Source: an uncultured bacterium
Lineage (GTDB): Bacteria; Pseudomonadota; Gammaproteobacteria; Burkholderiales; SG8-39
DNA: 64,000 nt
Direction: 5' to 3'
Assembly: GCA_965233165.1 (NCBI GenBank)
Contig: CBDDRX010000093.1
Location: 21,528 to 85,527, forward strand
Position numbers and translations under genes: made by a program. The notes under the pieces are model-generated. The model worked only from the letters and a program-made list of their open reading frames with translations. It was not told the origin of the DNA and did not search any database. Numbering within the stretch: position 1 is the first letter of the stretch; each line of letters starts with the position of its first letter. Of this stretch, positions 56,985 to 64,000 are shown one piece after another.

Positions 56985-58127
56985 GTGGGCCCGCTCGCCG
57001 GCATTCGCGTCCTGGAGTTCGAAGCCATCGGCCCGGCGCCGTTCGCCGGCATGCTGCTCGCCGACATGGGGGCCGACGTGCTGGTCATCGACCGGCCGGC
57101 GGCGGCCGACCTCGGGCTGAAGCGGGCGCGCCGGCACGACGTCATGATGCGCGGCAAGCGCTCGGTGACGCTCGATCTCAAGAAGGATCCCGCCAGGGAC
57201 GCCGCGCTCGAGCTGATCGGGCGCGCCGACGTCCTGATCGAGGGCTTCCGCCCCGGCGTCATGGAGCGGCTCGGCCTCGGGCCGGACGCCGCGCTCGCGA
57301 GGAACCCGCGCCTCGTCTACGGCCGCATGACCGGATGGGGCCAGGATGGCCCGCTCGCGCCGCGCGCCGGGCACGACATCAACTACATCGCGCTCTCCGG
57401 CGTGCTCGGGGCGATCGGCCGCAAAGGCGAGGCGCCGGTGCCGCCGCTCAACCTGGTCGGCGACTTCGGCGGCGGCGGGATGCTGCTCGGCTTCGGCGTC
57501 GCCTGCGCGCTCGTCGAGGCGCGCCGCTCGGGCCGCGGGCAGGTCATCGACGCGGCCATGGTGGAAGGCGCCTCGCTCCTCGCCGCCATGATCTCCGGCT
57601 TCCTCGCCGCGGGTGTCTGGAAGGAAGAGCGCGCCGCGAACGTGCTCGACACCGGCGCCCCCTGGTACGACGTCTACGAGACGAAGGACGGGAAACACGT
57701 GGCCATCGGCTCGATCGAGGAGCGCTTCTTCGCGGAGCTGCTGCAAAGGCTCCAGCTGCAGGACGTTCCTCCCCAGCAGGACCGCGCGCGCTGGCCGGAG
57801 ATGCGCGCCCTTTTCGCGAAGGCCTTCCGGTCGAAGACCCGCGACGAATGGTGCGCGGTGTTCGACGGATCCGACGCCTGCTTCGCGCCCGTGCTGTCCT
57901 GGTCGGAGGCGCGCGCGCACCCGCACAACGTCGCGCGCGCGGCTTACGTGGAGGTCGCCGGCGTTCCGCAGCCGGCGCCGGCGCCGCGCTTCTCGCGCAG
58001 CGTCCCGCCCGTCCCGGCAACGCCGCCCGAGCGCGGGGGCGGCGGCGGCGAGGCCCTCGCGCGCTGGGGCTTCGCTGCCGAGGACGTGAAGCGACTACAA
58101 TCGCGCGGCCTTGGATTCCTGGAGTAG
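56985..58127 (+). CDS. CaiB/BaiF family CoA-transferase (alpha-methylacyl-CoA racemase-like)
   Basis: 380 aa, GTG start with SD GAGGAG 8 nt upstream. Motifs GIRVLEF, GADVLVIDRP, FRPGVMERLGLG and GHDINY. Confidence 0.9.
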   Translation: MGPLAGIRVLEFEAIGPAPFAGMLLADMGADVLVIDRPAAADLGLKRARRHDVMMRGKRSVTLDLKKDPARDAALELIGRADVLIEGFRPGVMERLGLGPDAALARNPRLVYGRMTGWGQDGPLAPRAGHDINYIALSGVLGAIGRKGEAPVPPLNLVGDFGGGGMLLGFGVACALVEARRSGRGQVIDAAMVEGASLLAAMISGFLAAGVWKEERAANVLDTGAPWYDVYETKDGKHVAIGSIEERFFAELLQRLQLQDVPPQQDRARWPEMRALFAKAFRSKTRDEWCAVFDGSDACFAPVLSWSEARAHPHNVARAAYVEVAGVPQPAPAPRFSRSVPPVPATPPERGGGGGEALARWGFAAEDVKRLQSRGLGFLE

Positions 58128-58130
58128 ACG

Positions 58131-58757
58131 ATGCTCGGACGCCTGATGCCCCGGGAGGGCAAGTTCTTCGACCTGTTCAACGCCCACGCGGAGCGCATCG
58201 TCGAAGGCAGCCGCGAGCTCGCCGCCATGATCGGCACCTTCAGCGAGCTCGACGCGCATGCGCAGCGCATCGACGCCGCCGAGCGCGCCGCGGACAAGAT
58301 CACCCACGAGGCGATCGCGCTCCTGCACAAGACGTTCATCACGCCCTTCGACCGCGACCAGATCCTGCAGCTCATCAACGCGATGGACGACATCCTCGAT
58401 CTCATCCAGGACGTCGCCGAGTCGGTCGCGCTCTACGACCTGCGCAGCGTCACCCCGGAGGCGAAGCAGCTCGCCGAGATCTGCCAGGTGTGCTGCGACC
58501 GCGTGAAGACGGTGGTCGGCCTGCTCACCGACGTCAAGCGCTCCGACGCGATCCTCAAGCACTGCCAGGAGATCGATCGCCTCGAGTCCGACGCCGACCG
58601 CGTCATGCGCTCGGCGCTCTCCAAGCTCTTCCGCGAGGAGAACGACCTGAAGCAGGTGATGAAGCTGCGGGTCATCTACGACCTGCTCGAGTCCATTACC
58701 GACCGCTGCGAGGACGTCGCGAACATCGTCGAGGGCATCGTCCTCGAGAATTCCTAG
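58131..58757 (+). CDS. DUF47 family protein (PhoU-like, Pit accessory)
   Basis: 208 aa helical protein. N-terminal GKFFDLFNAHAE is typical of DUF47. Lies immediately upstream of the Pit transporter. Confidence 0.9.
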   Translation: MLGRLMPREGKFFDLFNAHAERIVEGSRELAAMIGTFSELDAHAQRIDAAERAADKITHEAIALLHKTFITPFDRDQILQLINAMDDILDLIQDVAESVALYDLRSVTPEAKQLAEICQVCCDRVKTVVGLLTDVKRSDAILKHCQEIDRLESDADRVMRSALSKLFREENDLKQVMKLRVIYDLLESITDRCEDVANIVEGIVLENS

Positions 58758-59771
58758 ATGGACGGGAACGTCACCACGATCGGGCTCGGCGTCCTGATCG
58801 GGCTGATCGTCCTCGCCCTCGCGTTCGATTTCATGAACGGCTTCCACGACGCGGCGAACTCGATCGCGACGGTGGTCTCGACGCGCGTGCTCAAGCCCTA
58901 CCAGGCGGTCCTGATGGCGGCGACGTTCAATTTCGCCGCGCTGTTCATCTTCCAGCTCAAGGTGGCGACCACGGTGGGCAAGGGCATCGTCGACCAGGGC
59001 ATCGTCGACCACTACGTCATCCTCGGCGCGCTGGTCGGCGCCATCGCCTGGAACCTCATCACCTGGCTCTACGGCATCCCTTCCTCGTCCTCGCATGCGC
59101 TGATCGGCGGCCTGTGCGGCGCCGCGATCGCCAAGGCGGGGGCCTGGTCGCTGGTGCCGAGCGGCCTGGCCAAGACCATCGCGTTCATCTTCATCTCGCC
59201 GCTGGCCGGGATGGTGCTCGGCGCGCTGCTCATGCTGGCCGTGTCCTGGCTGTTCGTGCGCAGCACGCCGTCGCGCGTCGACCGATGGTTCCGCCGCCTG
59301 CAGCTCGTCTCGGCGTCCCTCTACAGCCTCGGCCACGGCGGCAACGACGCGCAGAAGACCGCCGGCATCATCTGGATGCTGCTCATCGCCGCCGGAACCC
59401 TGGGCAAGGACGATCCCATCCCCTACTGGGTGGTGGTCGCCTGCTACGTCACCATCGGCCTGGGCACCGCGTTCGGCGGCTGGCGCATCGTCAAGACGAT
59501 GGGACAGCGCATCACGAAGCTGAAGCCGGTAGGCGGGTTCTGCGCCGAGACCGGGGGAGCGATCATGCTGTTCGTCGCCACCGGGCTCGGCATCCCGGTC
59601 TCCACCACGCATACCATCACCGGCGCGATCGTCGGCGTGGGCGCGGCGCAGGCGACTTCCGCGGTCCGCTGGGGGATCGCCGGCAACATCGTCTGGGCGT
59701 GGGTCCTGACCATCCCCTGCTCGGCGTTCATGGCCGGGCTGGCCTGGTGGGTGGCGCGGCAGCTCTTCTAG
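58758..59771 (+). CDS. pitA: inorganic phosphate transporter, PiT family
   Basis: 337 aa with the duplicated PiT signature (GFHDAANSIAT and GGNDAQKTAG). ATG abuts the DUF47 stop. Confidence 0.9.
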   Translation: MDGNVTTIGLGVLIGLIVLALAFDFMNGFHDAANSIATVVSTRVLKPYQAVLMAATFNFAALFIFQLKVATTVGKGIVDQGIVDHYVILGALVGAIAWNLITWLYGIPSSSSHALIGGLCGAAIAKAGAWSLVPSGLAKTIAFIFISPLAGMVLGALLMLAVSWLFVRSTPSRVDRWFRRLQLVSASLYSLGHGGNDAQKTAGIIWMLLIAAGTLGKDDPIPYWVVVACYVTIGLGTAFGGWRIVKTMGQRITKLKPVGGFCAETGGAIMLFVATGLGIPVSTTHTITGAIVGVGAAQATSAVRWGIAGNIVWAWVLTIPCSAFMAGLAWWVARQLF

Positions 59772-60199
59772 TGCGGGTGCGCGGGCGGGCCGGTGCGCCC
59801 GACGCGAAACTCCACCTTCTTCTCCCCTGCGCGCTCGAAGCGCAGCGTGACCGGAACGCTCTCGCCTTCCCTGAACGGCCGGCGCACGTCGACGAACATC
59901 AGGTGCGGCCCGCCGGGCTTCAGCTCGAACGTGCCGCCGGCGGGAACCTCGTAGCCCTTCACCTCGCGCATGCGCATGATGTCGCCGTCGCGCACGGTGA
60001 CGTGCGTCTCGACCTTGCGTGCTGCCGGCGTCGTCGCGCCGAGCAGGCGGTCCGGGGTCGACCCCTTGTTGCGCAGGACCATGTAGCCGGCGGCCACCTT
60101 GGCGCCGGGCGCCGTGGCCCGGGACCAGGGATTCTCGATCTCGACCTGCCCCCACGCGGGCAGCGCGACGAGGAGCAGCAGTAGGGCCGCGAGCTTCAT
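59768..60199 (-). CDS. copper chaperone PCu(A)C
   Basis: Track ORF trimmed to ATG 60199. 143 aa with a signal peptide and His/Met copper motifs (ETHVTV...MRMREV, PHLMFV). Confidence 0.85.
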   Translation of the reverse strand: MKLAALLLLLVALPAWGQVEIENPWSRATAPGAKVAAGYMVLRNKGSTPDRLLGATTPAARKVETHVTVRDGDIMRMREVKGYEVPAGGTFELKPGGPHLMFVDVRRPFREGESVPVTLRFERAGEKKVEFRVGRTGPPAHPH

Positions 60200-61863
60200 G
60201 AGGTTCTCCGGTTCTCTTCTTCCTGGAGCTTGCGCCAGAGGATCTTGCCGGTGGCGGTCTTGGGCAGCTCCTCCACGAACTCCACCACACGCGGCACCTT
60301 GAAGGCGGCCATGCGCTCGCGCGCCCACTCGGTGATCGCGTCCGGCGTCTGGCGCGTGCGGGCGTCGTTCTTCAGGACCACGACGGCCTTCACCGTCTCG
60401 CCCCGGTAGCCGTCGCGCGCGCCGATAACGCAGGCCTCCTGGATGTCGGGGTGCGCGTACAGGAGCGCCTCGACCTCGGCCGGCCAGACCTTGAAGCCCG
60501 AGGCGTTGATCATCCGCTTGAGGCGGTCGGTGATGAAGAAGTAGCCCTCTTCGTCGTAGTAGCCGAGGTCGCCGGTGCGGAAGAAGCGCTTGCCGTCGTG
60601 CTCCATGAAGGCTTCCGCGGTGGCCTCCGGCTGGCGCCAGTAGCCGCGGAACACCTGCGGGCCGCGCACGATGATCTCGCCGACCTTGTGCGGCTCGACC
60701 TCCGCGCGCGTCTCCACGTCGATGACGCGCGCGTCGGTGTTGAAGATCGGGATCCCCGCGCACTGGCGCTTCGGCCGCTGCGGCGGGTTGATGTGCGTCG
60801 GCGCCATCGTCTCGGTCAAGCCGTAGCCCTCGTTGTATTCGCGGCCGATGACCTCCTGCAGCTTCTGGGCGAAAGCCGCCGGCATGGCGGCGCCGCCGCC
60901 GCCCAGCACCTTGAGCGAGCTCAGGTTGTACTTCATAAGGTTGGGGCTGGAGAGGAAGTCCACCAGCATCGTCGTGATCGCGGTCCAGACGGTGACGCGC
61001 GCGCGGCCGATGATCATGCCGGCGCAGTCTCGGTCCCAGCGCGACATGAGCGCGATGGTTGATCCAGTGACGATCGGGCCGTTCATCCCGCCCTGCATGC
61101 CGGTGACGTGGAACATCGGCAGGACGCTCAGGACGACGGAGGCCTCGAGGCCGGTGCGCCAGCGCGGATAGGCGCAGGCCGTGGACTGCACGCTGTAGTG
61201 CGTGTGCATGCAGCCCTTCGGCTTCCCGGTCGTGCCGGACGTATACGGCATCACCGCGAGGTCATCCGCGGCGGCGGTGGACGCTTCCGGCGCGCAGTTC
61301 GCGGCAAGCGCTTCGCCCCATGCCATCGCGCCCCGGGAAAGCGGTGCACGCTTCGCGGCGACGAACTCCGGGACCGGCAGGTCGGACTTTTCCGCCAGAT
61401 AGTCGGCGTAGGTCGCGACGATCACGGTCTTCAGCGGCGTCGTCCCCACAAGAGGCGCGATGTGCTCGGCGCGTTCCTGCCCGACGATGGCGACGGCGGT
61501 CCCGGCATCCTCGACGTAGTGCCGCAGCTCGTCGGTCAGGTTCATAGGGTTGACCGGCACCACCACCGCGTCGGCGCGCAGGACACCGTAGTAGCCGATG
61601 ATGAACTGCGGGCTGTTCTGCAGGCAGAGCAGGACCCGGTCGCCCTTGCGCACGCCGCAGCGCGCCTGCAGGAAGCCGGCGAGCTGCTCGGCCTGCCGGC
61701 GCACCTCCGCGTAGGTAAGCCGGCTGCCGTAGTAGTCGATGAGCACGCGCTCGGGATGCGCCTCGGCAGCGGCAACCAGGTTGCCGAAGACGCTTGTGCG
61801 CGGCACGTCGAAGGTGTGCGGCGCATCCGGCGGCCAGTGCGCGAAGTGGCGGTCGAATATCAT
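60196..61863 (-). CDS. long-chain fatty acid--CoA ligase (AMP-binding)
   Basis: Track ORF trimmed to ATG 61863. 555 aa with YTSGTTGKPKG, GYGLTE and TGD...DRLKRMI. Confidence 0.9.
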   Translation of the reverse strand: MIFDRHFAHWPPDAPHTFDVPRTSVFGNLVAAAEAHPERVLIDYYGSRLTYAEVRRQAEQLAGFLQARCGVRKGDRVLLCLQNSPQFIIGYYGVLRADAVVVPVNPMNLTDELRHYVEDAGTAVAIVGQERAEHIAPLVGTTPLKTVIVATYADYLAEKSDLPVPEFVAAKRAPLSRGAMAWGEALAANCAPEASTAAADDLAVMPYTSGTTGKPKGCMHTHYSVQSTACAYPRWRTGLEASVVLSVLPMFHVTGMQGGMNGPIVTGSTIALMSRWDRDCAGMIIGRARVTVWTAITTMLVDFLSSPNLMKYNLSSLKVLGGGGAAMPAAFAQKLQEVIGREYNEGYGLTETMAPTHINPPQRPKRQCAGIPIFNTDARVIDVETRAEVEPHKVGEIIVRGPQVFRGYWRQPEATAEAFMEHDGKRFFRTGDLGYYDEEGYFFITDRLKRMINASGFKVWPAEVEALLYAHPDIQEACVIGARDGYRGETVKAVVVLKNDARTRQTPDAITEWARERMAAFKVPRVVEFVEELPKTATGKILWRKLQEEENRRTS

Positions 61864-62954
61864 GCGAGGTAGCGCTGCACGGCCTTCTCGTCCCAGGCGA
61901 TGCCGCTGCCCGGCCGGTCGGGCACGATCGCTTCGCCCTTCTCGATGCGCACCGGCTCGGCGAGGATCCCGTCCGCCCAGTCCACGTACTCGAGCCAGTG
62001 GCAGGTCGGCGTCGCGGCGAGAAGGTGCACGCTGATTTCGGGGAAGAGGTGGCTCGACATCTCGAGCCCCGCGCCCTGCGCGAGCGCCGCGGCGCGCATC
62101 CAGCCGGTCACCCCGCCGATGCGCTCGGCATCCGGCATCACGAAGTCGCTGGCCTGCGCGGCAAGCGCCTGCGCCATCTGCTCCGGGCCCATGAAGTTCT
62201 CGCCGATCTGGATCGGCGTGGCAAGCTCGCGCGCGAGCCTCGCGCAGCCGGCGAAGTCGTCGGCCCGGATCGGCTCCTCGATCCAGTCCACGCCGCCCTC
62301 GGCGTCGATCATGCGGCCGCGCTTCAGCGCCTCGGCGACGCTCAGGCCCTGGTTGAAGTCGACCATGAAGCGCACCCCCGGGCCGATCTCCTTCTTCACG
62401 GTCCGCAACGCTTCGAGGTCTTCGGCGGCCTTCGCGCGCCCCAAGCGCAGCTTGACCGCGCCGAAGCCCTCGTCCGCCAGGTCGCGCGCTTCCTTTGCGA
62501 GCGAAGCCAGCGGCTGCAGGCCAAGGCCCTTGGAGTTGTAGGCCGGCACGGAGCGCCGCGCCGTGCCGAGGAGCCGCGCCAGCGGCTGGCCGAGCGCCTG
62601 CGCGCAGGCGTCCCACGCCGCCATGTCGATGCCCGCCATGGCAAAGATGACCATGTTGTGCACCCCGAGCAGGGCGTAGCGTTGCCGCAATTTCCGCTCG
62701 AGATCGAAAGGCGCGACCGGGTCGCCCTTCACCATCGCGGCCATCGCCTGGACGAGCGCGGCGAGCGGCGCGAGATGGTCGCGGGAAAGCGCAAAGAGAT
62801 AGCTGCGCCCGACCACGCCGGCGTCCGTCTGGAGATCGAGAAGCAGGAGCGGCGCGACCGCGATCGCGCCGCTGCTCGTGGCGAGCGGCCGCTTCATGGG
62901 CGCCGCGACCGCGCGAACCCGGACGTTCTCGATCTTCAGCTGCAGGGTGCTCAT
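61860..62954 (-). CDS. mandelate racemase / muconate lactonizing enzyme family protein (enolase superfamily)
   Basis: Track ORF trimmed to ATG 62954. 364 aa with metal-ligand regions (VDFNQG, IEEP) and a KxK-like KLRLGR. Confidence 0.9.
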   Translation of the reverse strand: MSTLQLKIENVRVRAVAAPMKRPLATSSGAIAVAPLLLLDLQTDAGVVGRSYLFALSRDHLAPLAALVQAMAAMVKGDPVAPFDLERKLRQRYALLGVHNMVIFAMAGIDMAAWDACAQALGQPLARLLGTARRSVPAYNSKGLGLQPLASLAKEARDLADEGFGAVKLRLGRAKAAEDLEALRTVKKEIGPGVRFMVDFNQGLSVAEALKRGRMIDAEGGVDWIEEPIRADDFAGCARLARELATPIQIGENFMGPEQMAQALAAQASDFVMPDAERIGGVTGWMRAAALAQGAGLEMSSHLFPEISVHLLAATPTCHWLEYVDWADGILAEPVRIEKGEAIVPDRPGSGIAWDEKAVQRYLA

Positions 62955-63739
62955 TCCCCGGCAAAGCGCGGCTTGCGCTTCTCCATGAAGGCCTTGCGTC
63001 CCTCCTCGTAGTCCGCGCTTTTGGCGCAGCGCGCAACGGCGGCGGCCATCACTGCGGCATCGGGGGAGCCCTCCGACTTCGCGAACTCCTCGATGATGGT
63101 CTTCGAGGCCGCCATCGAGAGCGGCGCATTCTCGCAAAGCGTCTCCAGGATCCGCGCCACCTCCGATTCCAGGTGCGGATCCTGGAAAACCCGATGCACC
63201 ATGCCCATGCGCAAGGCCTCCTCGGCGGTATACCGCCGGGCCAGAAGCATCACTTCCCGCGCGTTCGCCTGCCCGACCGTCTCGATCAGGCGCTTGTGCC
63301 CTTCCACGCTGTAGGCAATGCCGAGCTTCGCGGCGGGGACCCCAAACTGCGCGGACGCGCCGCAATACCGCAGGTCGCAGGCGAGTGCGATCTCGACGCC
63401 GCCTCCCATGCAGAACCCGTGGATCATGGCGAGCGACGGCTTGCGCGAGGCCTGGATGGCGAGCAGCGCCGCGTCGAGCTGTCGATCATAGGCCGCCACC
63501 GCATTGCGATCGGCGCGGCTGGCCGCGAACTCCGAGATATCCGCGCCGGCGGCGAACGCCTCTGTCCCCGCCCCCCGGATAAGGACGCAGCGGACCTGCG
63601 GATCGGCTTCGAATCCGGCGATCGCCGGCGGGATGCCCCGCCACATGGCGCCATTGACGGCGTTGCGCTTGCCGGGGCTGTCGATCACGATCCGGCCGAC
63701 CGCGCCGTGCTTCTCGACGGTGAGCCTGCCTTCGCTCAT
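62951..63739 (-). CDS. enoyl-CoA hydratase/isomerase family protein
   Basis: 262 aa with crotonase motifs FAAGADI and GFCMGGGVEIALACD. Confidence 0.9.
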   Translation of the reverse strand: MSEGRLTVEKHGAVGRIVIDSPGKRNAVNGAMWRGIPPAIAGFEADPQVRCVLIRGAGTEAFAAGADISEFAASRADRNAVAAYDRQLDAALLAIQASRKPSLAMIHGFCMGGGVEIALACDLRYCGASAQFGVPAAKLGIAYSVEGHKRLIETVGQANAREVMLLARRYTAEEALRMGMVHRVFQDPHLESEVARILETLCENAPLSMAASKTIIEEFAKSEGSPDAAVMAAAVARCAKSADYEEGRKAFMEKRKPRFAGE

Positions 63740-64000
63740 TCCCAGCGCCCCCTCTCCACTTCGTGCAGGAAATCTTCCACGATCCGGTTGAACGACGCGG
63801 GTTCCTCCAGGTTCATGAGGTGCCCCGTGCGCGGCAGCATGGCAAGCCCGGCCCCGGGGATGGTTCGCTTGAGGAACAGCGACGCTTCCAGCGTGATCTC
63901 GTCCTCGTCGCCGGCGACGATCAGCGTCGGCACGCGCATTGCGCGCAGCCGGTCCTCGAGGGCCCAGAGCGACGGGCGCCGCGCCTGGTAGCCCAGCATC
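63736..64000 (-). CDS. alpha/beta hydrolase, C-terminal part (gene continues beyond window)
   Basis: Open to the window edge. The C-terminal pattern PTLIVAGDEDE...GHLMNLEEP (acid and His of the catalytic triad) is present. ATGA overlap with the downstream hydratase. Confidence 0.7.
   Translation of the reverse strand, partial: MLGYQARRPSLWALEDRLRAMRVPTLIVAGDEDEITLEASLFLKRTIPGAGLAMLPRTGHLMNLEEPASFNRIVEDFLHEVERGRWE

Noticed and set aside
57335-60184. 949-aa plus-strand ORF spanning the CaiB, DUF47, Pit and PCu(A)C regions
   Set aside because: It is out of frame with three well-supported plus-strand genes and antisense to a fourth. The sequence is Arg/Gly/Pro-rich with no domain signal.

Overview
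High-GC segment: third codon positions are almost uniformly G/C by eye, nothing computed. The gene content looks proteobacterial (DUF1161, DUF3301, DUF4124, AzlCD, UbiX, PCu(A)C), but the taxon cannot be determined from this window. I support about 69 protein-coding genes packed with almost no intergenic DNA. Content: acyl-CoA and redox metabolism (2 acyl-CoA ligases, 3 enoyl-CoA hydratases, a FadB-type enzyme plus thiolase, 2 acyl-CoA dehydrogenases, 7 SDRs, GMC, AKR, ALDH, ADH). Transporters: 5 MFS, MATE, TauE, AzlCD, Pit, MscS. Cofactor and sulfur genes: bioB, ubiX, gor, fpr, metY, a MetE-like gene. Two second-messenger proteins: 5xPAS-GGDEF-EAL and REC-class III cyclase. I found no rRNA, tRNA, CRISPR, transposase, integrase, phage or recognisable defence genes, and no convincing intrinsic terminators. 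I do not see a clear novel multi-gene system and treat this as ordinary core/metabolic DNA. Many long ORFs in the six-frame track are antisense or out-of-frame artefacts of high GC, or N-terminal over-extensions; starts were re-derived by codon arithmetic from the track. Points worth a second look: (1) three genes (gor, a VanZ-like gene, one MFS) whose coding signal begins at an in-frame CTG; (2) 21 same-strand junctions with 1-nt or 4-nt start/stop overlaps, and 7 of 9 convergent pairs overlapping; (3) TA[CG]AAT hexamers 6-9 nt upstream of four SD-less start codons, suggesting leaderless mRNAs, plus back-to-back -10 boxes in 31-50 nt divergent gaps; (4) short AT-rich islands of A/T-ending rare codons inside otherwise G/C-ending genes; (5) several unusual operon memberships. 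All functional readings are inference from motifs I recognise; no database search was possible.
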